The translations under genes and the position numbers were made by a program. Shown here in pieces: positions 42,986 to 53,914 of a stretch of 64,000 nt of DNA; positions within the stretch are counted from its first letter, which is position 1; each line of letters starts with the position of its first letter. The notes beneath the pieces are model-generated. The model was not told where the DNA came from. It did no database searches and saw nothing but the letters and a program-made list of their open reading frames with translations. This stretch comes from Phormidesmis sp. (GTDB lineage Bacteria > Cyanobacteriota > Cyanobacteriia > Leptolyngbyales > Leptolyngbyaceae). The stretch is from contig CBDFJR010000005.1 of assembly GCA_965248535.1 (NCBI GenBank), positions 736,001 to 800,000 on the forward strand. Reading direction: 5' to 3'.

Positions 42986-43901
42986 ATCGTTTGCCCCACG
43001 CTTGTAAAAGATTAATCGCTAGCAGCATCACTAATGAGATCAGCAGCAACACCACCCCAATTACAGTAGCTCCTGAATAGTCATATTGTTCTAGCCGTTG
43101 GAAGATTAACACAGGCGCGATTAGATCTTTAAAGGGTGTATTGGATGAAATAATTACGGTTGAGCCATATTCGCCAACTGCGCGAGAGAATCCTAGCGCC
43201 ACACCTGTGAGAATGGATGGAAACAAAGGTGGTAACACGACTCGCCAAAACGTCTGAAAGTCTGAAGCCCCCAAGCACCAAGCAGCTTCTTCGATGTCTC
43301 TCTCCATTTCTGTTAAGACGGGCTGCACCGTTCGCACGACAAAGGGCAGAGAGATAAACGTCATGGCGACAAACACCCCCAGCCGCGTGAAGGCAATTTT
43401 AATTCCCAAGGGGGCAAATAGAGAGCCAACCCAGCCGTTATCGCTGTAGATCGTGGCCAGGGTCAATCCGGCGACGGAGGTGGGCAGGGCAAAGGGCAAA
43501 TCAACCGATGCGTCAAACAGTCGCTTTAACGGAAAGTCATAGCGCACTAAAACCCAGGCGATCAGAGTGCCAAACACGCCGTTAAATAGAGCCGCCGCCA
43601 GCGATGTTGTAAAGGTCACATCATAGGTTGATAGCGCGATCGGGCTAGTGGCAATTCGCCAAAAGTTAGCGGGGCTTTCGGTGCTCGCTTTGAGAAACAT
43701 CGCGGCGAGGGGCAAAAACAACATCACACTCAGATAGCCGATCGTGATGCGCCAAGTCCAAGGCACTTGAGCCAATCTAGTCAGCAGCGATTTCCGGGCG
43801 GGAGGCTTCTGAAGTTGATCGATTTGAGGAGAAGAAACCATCGGCGTAGTAAGCAAGTGAGATGAACGGTTTAAAGGGACAGTTCTTAAGAACCGCCCCA
43901 A
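42978..43901 (-). CDS. cysT: Sulfate ABC transporter permease CysT (start probably 43841)
   Basis: VDLPFALPTSVAGLTL, EEAAWCLGA, FSRAVGEYGS. Confidence 0.93.
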   Translation of the reverse strand: MGRFLRTVPLNRSSHLLTTPMVSSPQIDQLQKPPARKSLLTRLAQVPWTWRITIGYLSVMLFLPLAAMFLKASTESPANFWRIATSPIALSTYDVTFTTSLAAALFNGVFGTLIAWVLVRYDFPLKRLFDASVDLPFALPTSVAGLTLATIYSDNGWVGSLFAPLGIKIAFTRLGVFVAMTFISLPFVVRTVQPVLTEMERDIEEAAWCLGASDFQTFWRVVLPPLFPSILTGVALGFSRAVGEYGSTVIISSNTPFKDLIAPVLIFQRLEQYDYSGATVIGVVLLLISLVMLLAINLLQAWGKRYG

Positions 43902-43937
43902 TTTTTTAAACCTCGGAGGTTTGAACCAGATCGGGCG

Positions 43938-45072
43938 TTATTTAATCGTTGCCTCGATTTGATCAAAGACTCCGCCGTCTTCAAAAAACTTCTTCTGGAA
44001 ATCGTCCCAGCCCCCATAGTCTTTGATGGTGCCCAGAGTTTTCACCGCCGGGAATTTGTCTGTGTTTTCTTTCTGACTGGCGATCGCTGGATCAATGGGT
44101 CGATAGCCCAACTTGACAAACTCTTGCTGCGCCTCTGGCGTGAACAGGAACTTGACAAACCCTTCGGCGGCTTCGCGTGTGCCGTGCTTATCGACATTTT
44201 TATCGACCACCGCCACCGGAGTGTCGATCGAGATATTCACATCCGGCACGGTATAAACCAGCTTTTCGCCTTTGTTTTTGGCGAGAATAATCTCGTTTTC
44301 GTAGTTAATCAATGCGTCGCCTTGACCTTGCTTAGAAAACGCGTCTGTTGCTTCACGCGCATCTTTAGTCAGCACGGCCACATTTTTAAAAGCTTTTGTG
44401 GCAAAGTCTTTGGCTTTGGCTTCATCTGCGCCTGATTTGAGCGACGCATTCCACAACGCTAAAAAGTTCCATCGAGCCACGCCAGAGGTTTTGGGGTTTG
44501 CCGTCACCCACTTGACATCTTCTCTGGCTAAATCGTTGAAGCTCTTGATATTTTTAGGATTACCTTCGCGGGTGGTGATTGCCGCGACCGTTTTAGCCAC
44601 GATGCCATTATTGGGCACTTTCGTATCCCAGCCTTCGTTGACTAGCCCGGCTTTGACTAGTTTGTTGGTGTCGCCAGCTAGGGCTAAATGCACGATATCG
44701 GCTTCTAGACCGTCGATCACGGCGCGAGTTTGAGTGCCCGATCCGCCATAGCTTTGCTTAAAGGTGACCGTCTGACCGCCATGATCTTTTTTCCACTGCT
44801 CAACAAATTTAGGAATGATCGCGTCGTGAGCCGTTTTAGGAATGGCATAGCCGACGAGGGTGAGTTCGACATCTCTCTGGTTTTGAGCCACAGGGCTACC
44901 TCCAGGACTGGTGGCCGTGGAGTTAGTTGTCCGCCCCGTTTGAGCAAGCTGCGATCGCCACACTCAGCGCCATCCCCACCATAAAAAGCGATGCAAAGCG
45001 CCGAATCGAATCAAATTTAACCTGACGGGCCAGATGTCTCCACCCTGCTAAAGCCCCTTGTCGAACCCCCAT
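43938..45072 (-). pseudogene. sbpA: Sulfate-binding lipoprotein with a +1 frameshift just after the lipobox (~44931-44937); pseudogene or assembly error
   Basis: Signal peptide and lipobox SVAIAAC lie in one frame (stop at 44923); the body (FKQSYGGSGTQTRAVIDGLEAD, NPKTSGVARWNFLA) lies in another. Confidence 0.85.
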
Positions 45073-45378
45073 GATCGTGATCTCCCTTAATCTACAGTTC
45101 GTTGATCGGAATTTAGTACTTATCCTCTGACTGTTGATCCTAGCGGGAGAACGCCCAAAAAACAAGTAGAAAGTCCTTATTTTTGGTCGGGAAAGTGGGG
45201 ATTAAAAAAAGGCGCGTTGATCGAGGTTCTAAACCGTGAATTTTACAGGCTGAATTCTGGATTTTGAATAACCTTCCTAAAGGAGTTGCGCGATCGCTGA
45301 TAAATTCAGTCTAGTAGTCAGAGAGCTTGTGGGCAAACCCCTGCTGTTGCTGATCGTCGCCCTACCCAAGGAACCTAA

Positions 45379-47304
45379 ATGACCAGACCCGCTCACCTGA
45401 GTCAATCGCATCGCAGAAAGTTTACGCGTTGGTTATTAAACGACGATCGCAGCCATAAAGGGCGGCCGCCGCAACATGCTTGGTGGCAAGTGATGTGTCT
45501 AACAGGAGTCGATTATTTTTCGACCCTAGGCTATCAGCCAGGAATCGCAGCGTTAGCGGCTGGCTCTTTGTCTCCGATCGCGACCCTGATTTTAGTGCTG
45601 TTGACGTTGTTTGGCGCGTTGCCGATCTATCGGCGCGTTGCTGAAAAAAGCCCCCATGGGGAGGGGTCGATCGCCATGCTTGAACATCTGCTGCCGTGGT
45701 GGCAAGGCAAGCTGTTTGTCTTGTGTCTGTTGGGGTTTGTGGCTACTGACTTTATTATTACGATTACGCTTTCAGCCGCCGACGCGACAGCGCATATTCT
45801 CGAAAATTCTTTAACGCCTGCTATTCTTCACGGTCAGGAGATCGCGATCACACTGCTGCTAGTGGCGCTGCTAGGAGCCGTGTTTTTAAGAGGATTTCGA
45901 GAAGCGATCGGGCTTGCTGTTTCGTTAGTCGGCGTTTATTTGGTGTTGAATCTGGTCACCATCAGCGTTGGTCTCTACCAAATTTTGCAACACCCGATCG
46001 TGCTTTCAAACTGGCAAACCGCCCTCTTTGCCGAGCACGGAAATCCGTTTGCGATGATCGGGGTGGCGCTGCTGCTGTTCCCCCGGCTGGCGCTGGGTTT
46101 GTCAGGGTTTGAGACGGGCGTGGTGGTGATGCCGCTGGTCAAAGGGCATCCGAGCGACACCGAAGCGCAGCCTAAAGGCCGCATTCAAAACACTCATAAG
46201 CTGCTGACGATCGCGGCGCTGATTATGAGCTTTTTTCTGCTCACCAGCAGTCTGGTGACGACTTTGCTGATTCCGGCGGCAGAGTTTCAAACGGGCGGCA
46301 AAGCGAGTGGGCGGGCGCTGGCTTATCTGGCTCACCAATATTTAGGTGATGGATTTGGCACGGTTTATGACTTGAGCACGATCGCGATTTTATGGTTTGC
46401 AGGAGCCTCAGCAATGGCAGGGTTGCTCAACATTGTGCCGCGCTATCTGCCGCGCTATGGCATGGCTCCTAATTGGGCACGGGCGACTCGTCCATTAGTG
46501 CTGGTTTATACGGCGATCGCGTTTGTGATCACGATCCTGTTTCGAGCCAATGTCGAGGCCCAGGGCGGAGCCTATGCGACCGGAGTTTTGGTTTTAATCA
46601 GTTCAGCCGCGTTTGCGGTGACATTATTGGCCCGCCATCGGCGATCGCGGCGCGGCGTGATCACGTCTGGTCTCATTACCATTGTGTTTTTATACACCAC
46701 AGTGGTAAATATCATTGAGCGACCCGAAGGGATTCGCATTGCCGCTTTTTTCATCAGTGCAATCATTCTTACGTCTCTGATTTCGCGAGTTTGGCGATCG
46801 ACCGAGTTGCGAATCGAGAACATTGAGTTAGATGAAACGGCTCGGCGCTTTATTGCCGAAGAGAGTCAACACACGATTCGGCTGATTGCTAATCGCTTAA
46901 ATGCAGGCGACGAGCGAGAATATTTCTTAAAAGAGAAAGAGGTTCGTGAAGATAATCACATTCCCGAAACCGATCCGATTCTGTTTTTAGAGGTGCAGGT
47001 GTCTGACGCGTCGGACTTTGGTGGCACCCTTCACGTCAGCGGCGTTCAGGTCGATCGCTACCGAATTTTGCGGATGAAAAGCGCGGCGGTTCCGAATGCG
47101 ATCGCGGCTATTTTACTAGATCTCCGCGATCAGACCGACCAGTTGCCACACATCTATTTTGGGTGGGCAGAGGGCAATCCGATTCAGTATTTGCTGCGGT
47201 TTATTTTATTTGGCGAGGGTGACATTCCCGTGGTGACCCGCGAAGTGTTGCGACTGGCTGAAAAGAACCCCGATCGTCGTCCCACTATTCATGTGGGCGG
47301 TTAA
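45379..47304 (+). CDS. APC-superfamily transporter
   Basis: About 12 TM helices; [17 protein letters not shown] and LGLSGFETG helix-break motifs; soluble C-terminal domain. Confidence 0.85.
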   Translation: MTRPAHLSQSHRRKFTRWLLNDDRSHKGRPPQHAWWQVMCLTGVDYFSTLGYQPGIAALAAGSLSPIATLILVLLTLFGALPIYRRVAEKSPHGEGSIAMLEHLLPWWQGKLFVLCLLGFVATDFIITITLSAADATAHILENSLTPAILHGQEIAITLLLVALLGAVFLRGFREAIGLAVSLVGVYLVLNLVTISVGLYQILQHPIVLSNWQTALFAEHGNPFAMIGVALLLFPRLALGLSGFETGVVVMPLVKGHPSDTEAQPKGRIQNTHKLLTIAALIMSFFLLTSSLVTTLLIPAAEFQTGGKASGRALAYLAHQYLGDGFGTVYDLSTIAILWFAGASAMAGLLNIVPRYLPRYGMAPNWARATRPLVLVYTAIAFVITILFRANVEAQGGAYATGVLVLISSAAFAVTLLARHRRSRRGVITSGLITIVFLYTTVVNIIERPEGIRIAAFFISAIILTSLISRVWRSTELRIENIELDETARRFIAEESQHTIRLIANRLNAGDEREYFLKEKEVREDNHIPETDPILFLEVQVSDASDFGGTLHVSGVQVDRYRILRMKSAAVPNAIAAILLDLRDQTDQLPHIYFGWAEGNPIQYLLRFILFGEGDIPVVTREVLRLAEKNPDRRPTIHVGG

Positions 47305-47445
47305 GGAGATAATCAATTCTGTTGGTTAGTGATATCGATTTTGGGCACGACAATGCTATGCCCATATACCAAAAGCTATTACACATAGCCGATTTAGCTC
47401 TGATAGAATGCTATTGTTCATACCGTTGTCTACAGGAATTCAATA

Positions 47446-48243
47446 ATGGCTCGAAGACGTGTTTGGATTTTTCTCGCTGCGATTCTAGCTACGTTCTCGA
47501 TCGCAACTAGCTGCGATTTTAGAAAATCTGATTCTAGCGTTACTCCATCTCAAACAAATTTGATTGTTTCGGCTGCTGTCAGCCTTAAAGATGCCCTAGA
47601 CGAAATCAAGCGATCGTATCAGCAAAAAGCCTCTACAACCAGCCTGACCTATAATCTGGGCGCATCGGGCGCATTGATGCAGCAGATTCAAAACGGGGCC
47701 CCGGCTGATGTCTTTATTTCGGCAGCAAAGAAGCAAATGGACATTCTAGAGAAGGGGGGAGAGTTGCTGCCCAACACCCGCCGCGATTTGGTCAAAAATC
47801 AGTTGGTTTTGATTGTGCCTAAGGGATCGCAAAAAGCGACGAGTTTCGCCAGTTTAAGCGATGGGGCGATCCAGCGAGTGGCGATCGGAGAGCCGCGCAG
47901 CGTGCCAGCCGGACAGTATGCCGAGCAGGTTTTGCAGAAGCTCAAGATCTACGACGCATTAAAACCTAAATTTGTTTATGCCAATACAGTCCGGCAAGTG
48001 TTAGCAGCCGTCGAAAGCGGCAGCGCCGATGCAGGAATCGTCTATCTGACGGACGCAAATTCGTCTCAGCAGGTCACGGTAGCGGCGATCGCGGCTGAAA
48101 CCGATCATGCCCCGATCGTGTACCCGATCGCGGTGCTCAAAAACAGCAAAAATCCGCAGGCGGCCAAAGAATTTGTGCAATTTTTAGAGAGCGATTCAGG
48201 AAAGTCGATATTTAAAAAGTATGGGTTTATTGTTCCTAATTAA
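47446..48243 (+). CDS. modA: Molybdate ABC transporter substrate-binding lipoprotein
   Basis: Lipobox ATSC; VSAAVSL, GASGAL..QIQNGAPADVFISA, PRSVPAGQYA. Confidence 0.95.
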   Translation: MARRRVWIFLAAILATFSIATSCDFRKSDSSVTPSQTNLIVSAAVSLKDALDEIKRSYQQKASTTSLTYNLGASGALMQQIQNGAPADVFISAAKKQMDILEKGGELLPNTRRDLVKNQLVLIVPKGSQKATSFASLSDGAIQRVAIGEPRSVPAGQYAEQVLQKLKIYDALKPKFVYANTVRQVLAAVESGSADAGIVYLTDANSSQQVTVAAIAAETDHAPIVYPIAVLKNSKNPQAAKEFVQFLESDSGKSIFKKYGFIVPN

Positions 48244-48255
48244 AGTCCCGCAATA

Positions 48256-50064
48256 ATGCCCTCTGATCTATCTCCATTCTGGATCTCGCTCAAGACGGCT
48301 GCGGTTTCAACGGTGGTCACCTTTGTTATAGGCATTGCTGTAGCCTATTGGATGCTCAACTATCGCGGCAAAGGCAAAATCGTTTTAGAAGGACTTCTGA
48401 TTTCGCCGTTGATTCTTCCGCCGACCGTCGTTGGATTCATTTTACTATTACTATTGGGTAAAAATGGCGTAATCGGAAAGCTGCTGATTCCGCTTAACAC
48501 TAGCGTTGTGTTTAGCTGGTCTGGAGCGGTCATTGCAGCGATCGTCGTCTCATTCCCCTTAATGTATCGCACCGCATTAGGCGCATTTGAACAAATTGAT
48601 GCTAATTTTTTGCATGTTGCTCGCACCTTGGGCGCATCAGAATGGACGGTTTTTCGGCGCATTCTTCTGCCCTTATCGCTTCCGGGCATTCTTGCCGGAA
48701 CTCTGCTAACGTTTGCGCGGGCCTTGGGAGAATTTGGGGCAACGCTGATGCTGGCAGGCAACATTCCTGGTGAAACGCAGACGATGCCGATGGCGATCTA
48801 TTTTGCGGTCGAAGCGAGTGCGACGGGTGAAGCCACTTTTTGGACGATCGTGATTCTCTGCCTCTCGCTGTCGGGGCTTTTTGCCGTCAATGTTTATCAA
48901 CACTCCAGACCACGATCGCGAATAAAGAGCCACAATCGGGCTATTTTCGCGTCCCTTTCTGCCGCTTCACCCGACTTATCTGCTGCCTCATCTGCCCTCT
49001 GGGTCACCCTTCAAAAGCCGCTTTCTGACTTTGATCTCACCGTGTCTTTTAGCGCCAATCAAGCCCCGATCGGTGTTTTGGGCGGCTCAGGAGCAGGCAA
49101 AACGATGCTGTTGCGCTGCATTGCCGGAGTCGAGACCCCCACACAGGGGCAAATCGTGCTCAATGGGCGGGTGTTGTTCGACTCAAAACGCGGCATTAAT
49201 CTGCCGAGCCGCGATCGTCGAGTCGGGTTTGTGGTGCAAAACTATGCCCTGTTTCCGCACATGACCATAGCGCAAAATATTGCCTTTGGGTTACCAAAAT
49301 CGCTCGACGCAGGGCAGCAAGTTCACCAGCAGTTAGCCGCCCTACACCTGCAAGGATTGAGCGATCGCTATCCCCATCAACTGTCAGGCGGGCAACAGCA
49401 GCGAGTTGCCTTAGCTAGAGCGTTAGCCAGTCAGCCAGAGGCTTTGCTGCTAGACGAACCGTTTTCAGCCCTCGACACATGTTTGCGAAGTCAGATAGAG
49501 CAGCAGATGATCACCCGATTAGCCACCTATCCAGGGGTGACACTGCTGGTGACTCACAATTTAGAAGAAGTCTACCGGGTCTGCCCAAATTTGCTGGTGC
49601 TCGATCGGGGGCAAGCCGTCGCCCAAGGAGCGAAACACTTGATCTTTGATCGTCCCGAAACCTATACCGTGGCGCAACTGACGGGATGCAAAAATTTTGC
49701 CCGTGCGATCGCCATTTCTGCCACCCAAGTAGAGGCGATCGAGTGGGGAATTCGACTCACGATCGCGGCCCCGATTCCTCAATCACTCGCTTATATTGGC
49801 ATTCGTGCCCATCAAATCACGTTTCTAGACCCCGCCACCCGCTTTGATCGAGGCCCTAATCACTTTGACTGCTGGCTAGTCAAAACGAGCGAAACGCCGC
49901 ATCGCATGACCGTGTTTCTCAAATTCAATGCGCCGCCAACTCATGCAGAAGATTATCACCTACAAGCAGAAGTCTTTAAAGAAGCCTGGCTGGTTGTAGA
50001 GCAGCGATCGCTGCCGTGGTCTGTCAAATTAGACCGATCGCGACTGATTTTGATGACCGCTTAA
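48256..50064 (+). CDS. modBC: Fused molybdate permease/ATPase
   Basis: ModB motifs PLILPPTVVG and FARALGEFGAT, followed by GGSGAGKT, LSGGQQQR, LLDEPFSALD. Confidence 0.93.
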   Translation: MPSDLSPFWISLKTAAVSTVVTFVIGIAVAYWMLNYRGKGKIVLEGLLISPLILPPTVVGFILLLLLGKNGVIGKLLIPLNTSVVFSWSGAVIAAIVVSFPLMYRTALGAFEQIDANFLHVARTLGASEWTVFRRILLPLSLPGILAGTLLTFARALGEFGATLMLAGNIPGETQTMPMAIYFAVEASATGEATFWTIVILCLSLSGLFAVNVYQHSRPRSRIKSHNRAIFASLSAASPDLSAASSALWVTLQKPLSDFDLTVSFSANQAPIGVLGGSGAGKTMLLRCIAGVETPTQGQIVLNGRVLFDSKRGINLPSRDRRVGFVVQNYALFPHMTIAQNIAFGLPKSLDAGQQVHQQLAALHLQGLSDRYPHQLSGGQQQRVALARALASQPEALLLDEPFSALDTCLRSQIEQQMITRLATYPGVTLLVTHNLEEVYRVCPNLLVLDRGQAVAQGAKHLIFDRPETYTVAQLTGCKNFARAIAISATQVEAIEWGIRLTIAAPIPQSLAYIGIRAHQITFLDPATRFDRGPNHFDCWLVKTSETPHRMTVFLKFNAPPTHAEDYHLQAEVFKEAWLVVEQRSLPWSVKLDRSRLILMTA

Positions 50065-50088
50065 AACCTCAATGTCTTTTATAGGGGT

Positions 50089-52545
50089 TTATCTGATACG
50101 AACTCTTTGAGAAATTTGAGTCCTTAGCTTAATCTGGTTGTACAAATCGACTTCAGGATTTGAGTGACTGATAGACACAACTAATGCATATCTTTGCATA
50201 TCGATTTCTCCTTGCTTCGCCCATTTTCGGGCACAACTGAGAACAAGATACATAGGCTGATCGAATCCTTTAGCTTGAGGAGAGATCTTAATTTTCCCTT
50301 GTTGGAGACATCCTTTTTTCCTCAAGTTGCTTCCGGGGAAAAGATCTACAGAAATTCCTTTACCAGGATGCATCTTCCTCAATTCCTCTAAAGAGATTTC
50401 TGTAAACTCCTCTGTTGGAGCCTCTTTGCTAGCCTTAACAAAAGCATTAATAATGCTCTCTTTATCAATATTTTTGAAAAGGTTGAATTCCATCGTGATT
50501 CCAAGGTAGGAGTCTCCTCGTGTTGGACGAGTGGGCGGATCAAACGAAAGTGTAATTGATAATGTTCGAGTACCCTTGGTCTTCAGATATTCATTTGGAA
50601 GCGGGGGAATCTCAAATATCTGGAAGCTTCCCACAGGAATTTGTACATCGTCTTCCAGAAGGACTACATAATTTTCAGCAGAGTATTTCGCTCGGAATAA
50701 GTCGGGCTGACCATATCCATAGATTTGTAACTGCTTCTGTAATTGCTTCTTGTCTTTGTCATTTTTTGCCTGGAAAACACGAGGAATTTCATTAGGCAAA
50801 TTAGCTGAGTTTATAATTAATGCTCTAACCAAGTTTGAGGTTGCATTTGGGAACTGAGTGAAGAGCTGGGCTGCCATATTAGCCACACGGGGAGCTGCAA
50901 AACTAGTCCCGCAATATGCACGAAACATTGATTTTGCATTATCTTTGGCAAGTGTCAGAATCGAAGCACCTGGTTCATTCGTGATTACACGGCTTCCATC
51001 AACAACTAAATCACCACCAAAATCCACAAGGTCAGGTTTAATCATGCCATCGACACCAAATCCGCTCCTTGTAAACGGAGAAGGATATCCCTGAACCCGT
51101 GCAACTACACTTCTTTTGGCATCCTCAGTGTACTGAAGACTGCCAGACCCCAGCGAAAGTGAGCCAACTGTGAGAGCAATTGCCGAAGTAGCTGGTTCAA
51201 TAATTCGTGCTTCTTCATTGAGCAAATAGTTTGGATAGTCGGTTCGCAACTGCTCCCCTGAACCTGCTTCGTAAGGCAAGTTACCTGCGGAAATAACGAA
51301 TACCAAGTTCTTATGCTGGAATTCATAGGCAATTTCATCAATTTTTGCAGCAAGACGAAACTGCTTTTGCCCATCTCTAAACGCTAATCGAGGGTCTCCC
51401 AGAGAAATATTGATGACCTTGCAGTTTCCATAATTTTGCGTGAAATATTGAATCGCATCATCCAATTGATTCTCTAGCAATGAATCTGGGTCGTACTCAT
51501 TATTATGATCAGTAACACGAGCCGAGAAAAGCCAAGCTGTTGGTTGAAATAATCGATTTTTGACGCTTTGACTGATATCTCCATAGATTGCGATTCCCGA
51601 TACGCCTGTGCCGTGACCACCTGTTTTCTCATCTCCATCATCGGAACCTCCTGTAATAAATTCTCTAGCTGAATCTGGGAAAATCTCCGCTTCTCCCAGA
51701 GCAGGAGCAATCAGAGGATGTCCTTGGCGTACCCCGGAATCAATGACTAGAATTCCACAGTTTTGCTCAGGAGGAGGATTAACTTCTGGCAAATCAGACA
51801 GTGGAATGTTGTACTCAGCAGGAGTCTCGAAGTTGGGTTTGGCTCTGCGGTCAATCTCCTTGACGAATTCCTCTTCTAGTAAGAGGTTGAGAACTTCTTG
51901 CACAATCTTAATCCTGGCTATGCAGAGGTATTCTCCTACGTAGCGATCGCTAATCCTCATGGCAGAATTATCTGACCAATTTCTCAAGACCTGATCCAGG
52001 TCATCCAGGTACTTATTCATTTCAGCCCTGTCGCCCGTGTGCCATAACTCTAAGTCAAGTGCAGCAAGCTCACTCGTCTGGATGGGTTCTAGTTCTAGTA
52101 GGCATCCAATTCGATCCGAAGGTTCTAGTGGCACCAACCCTTCAATTGCATCTAAGTAACCGTATTCATATTCAGAGTCACTGATGCCACTATAGGCTTT
52201 TAAACGTGATCGGAATTGAGTCAGTTCTTTATCCGAAGTGAAAACAACAATGGCTTTATTCGCCTTTGGTTCTTTGGCAAGTAGCGTTAATCCGAGTGGT
52301 GAGAGCGCACTCTCTTGCAACGTGCCGTCCGAACTCAGCTTAATTTTGAAGATGAGTTTTGGGTTTAGGTGAAACGGTGAAGTTTTTTGCTTGGAGCGTT
52401 GAGTCAATCCTGAAACCTGATCTAGCAGTTGTTGACCATGACTACCGCGATCACTTCTGCGAGAGCCAAAGCCGCCACCACCTCTGCTACGTCGTGGTAG
52501 CTCGATACTGGTTCTCGGCAACTCTAGGTGCTCAAACTGACTCAC
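50089..52545 (-). CDS. S8 subtilisin-like serine protease, IetS/Y4bN-like
   Basis: Triad motifs ILVIDSG, GHGTGVSG, GTSFAAP; oxyanion SAGN; no signal peptide; overlaps the upstream ATPase by 14 bp. Confidence 0.9.
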   Translation of the reverse strand: MSQFEHLELPRTSIELPRRSRGGGGFGSRRSDRGSHGQQLLDQVSGLTQRSKQKTSPFHLNPKLIFKIKLSSDGTLQESALSPLGLTLLAKEPKANKAIVVFTSDKELTQFRSRLKAYSGISDSEYEYGYLDAIEGLVPLEPSDRIGCLLELEPIQTSELAALDLELWHTGDRAEMNKYLDDLDQVLRNWSDNSAMRISDRYVGEYLCIARIKIVQEVLNLLLEEEFVKEIDRRAKPNFETPAEYNIPLSDLPEVNPPPEQNCGILVIDSGVRQGHPLIAPALGEAEIFPDSAREFITGGSDDGDEKTGGHGTGVSGIAIYGDISQSVKNRLFQPTAWLFSARVTDHNNEYDPDSLLENQLDDAIQYFTQNYGNCKVINISLGDPRLAFRDGQKQFRLAAKIDEIAYEFQHKNLVFVISAGNLPYEAGSGEQLRTDYPNYLLNEEARIIEPATSAIALTVGSLSLGSGSLQYTEDAKRSVVARVQGYPSPFTRSGFGVDGMIKPDLVDFGGDLVVDGSRVITNEPGASILTLAKDNAKSMFRAYCGTSFAAPRVANMAAQLFTQFPNATSNLVRALIINSANLPNEIPRVFQAKNDKDKKQLQKQLQIYGYGQPDLFRAKYSAENYVVLLEDDVQIPVGSFQIFEIPPLPNEYLKTKGTRTLSITLSFDPPTRPTRGDSYLGITMEFNLFKNIDKESIINAFVKASKEAPTEEFTEISLEELRKMHPGKGISVDLFPGSNLRKKGCLQQGKIKISPQAKGFDQPMYLVLSCARKWAKQGEIDMQRYALVVSISHSNPEVDLYNQIKLRTQISQRVRIR

Positions 52546-53569
52546 AATTTTCTGCCTCTACGGACTTTTCCGAATTCGCTATTATACGGTTTCTCTCTAA
52601 ATAACGCTCTACAGCAGTTTTTAAGTCAGCATGAGTAAGCTCTCGATCACCGCGAAGAATAACAGTCTTAATTGTATCAATACAAATCCGTTCAATATCT
52701 GCACCAGTTGCCTTTTCTAAATCAGCAGCAAAATTTTCAAGATTAATACTAGAATGTCGAATTCTGGAAAGATAGCGTTCCAAAAGTGCTGTTCGGAGTT
52801 TCAGGTTGGGCTTCCCAAAGAAAAGAACCTCGTCAAATCTTCTCCAAACGGCACTATCTAGCAGGGATTCATGATTCGTCGCTGCAATGAATAAGCTGTT
52901 ACTGCTTGAGGTGTCGATGAGTTGAAGTAGACTGTTGACAAGTCGCTTAACCTCACCATGTTCATTAAGCGTGTTGCGATCTCTAGCGATCGCATCAAAC
53001 TCGTCAAACAAAACAACCCACTCACCCTTTTCAACATAGTCGAAAATTTTCTTTAGATTAGTTGCTGTTTCTCCTAGATAAGATGAAAACACTGCTGTTA
53101 GATTGACATAGACTAGCGGTATTCCTAGAACCCCAGAAAGTACTTTGGCGGTCAATGTCTTGCCACAGCCCGGGGGGCCGCAAAATAAAAGTTTTGATTT
53201 GGGTCGCAACCCATAAGCTTCTAAAACTTCTTGCTTTCGGTTTTCTAACGTCACGCGCTGCAAAATTGCCAAGTTATTCTGATTTAGAACGACATCATCC
53301 CAAGTTAAATCAAATGGCTTGATATCAATGAGCGATAATCCTGTCTCTCTGTCTTTCGGAACTTCAGGATAATTCTTGTAGAGAGTATTACTGGCAGGTA
53401 GGGCTTTAGAATGACCATTTTGCAGAATTCTTTCTAAATCTTTGGCAAGTAGATTATGGTTCTTACTCTTCTCTTCTTGAATTAGTTCCATAGCCGCAGC
53501 ATAAAATCCCTCTCTCTCGTTGCGAGAGAAGCTTTGGAAAAGCTTTCTTATGATTTCTCCCCTCGCCAT
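52532..53569 (-). CDS. AAA+ ATPase, IetA-like
   Basis: GPPGCGKT, SSYLGETATNL, VLFDEFDAI, AATN...LDSAVWRRFD. Confidence 0.92.
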   Translation of the reverse strand: MARGEIIRKLFQSFSRNEREGFYAAAMELIQEEKSKNHNLLAKDLERILQNGHSKALPASNTLYKNYPEVPKDRETGLSLIDIKPFDLTWDDVVLNQNNLAILQRVTLENRKQEVLEAYGLRPKSKLLFCGPPGCGKTLTAKVLSGVLGIPLVYVNLTAVFSSYLGETATNLKKIFDYVEKGEWVVLFDEFDAIARDRNTLNEHGEVKRLVNSLLQLIDTSSSNSLFIAATNHESLLDSAVWRRFDEVLFFGKPNLKLRTALLERYLSRIRHSSINLENFAADLEKATGADIERICIDTIKTVILRGDRELTHADLKTAVERYLERNRIIANSEKSVEAENCESV

Positions 53570-53914
53570 ATTCTGAAGCTGCGCTCGACTTTATTCAGCG
53601 CCTATAATGAGTACATTAGCACTATAGATATCATACCATCCTGAGATTACGGGTTGGGAAATCTCGATCAGGCTAGCACTAAAATGCCGACCTATAGCTT
53701 TTCTTTAGCTGTTTTTTAGGGATAGCATGATAATCACTCGTGGTTTTCACAATTTCGATTTTGCTGTAGTAAAACGGTATTTGACTCCCGTCTACGCTAA
53801 TTATGTATGCGATCGCATCTCAGGAAAATCCTTAAAAAGAATTTGAGGCTAAAGAGACGGATTCTCTGATCGTCACCCCATAGAATTTTTAAGGCAAAGA
53901 TTGCACACTAGAAG

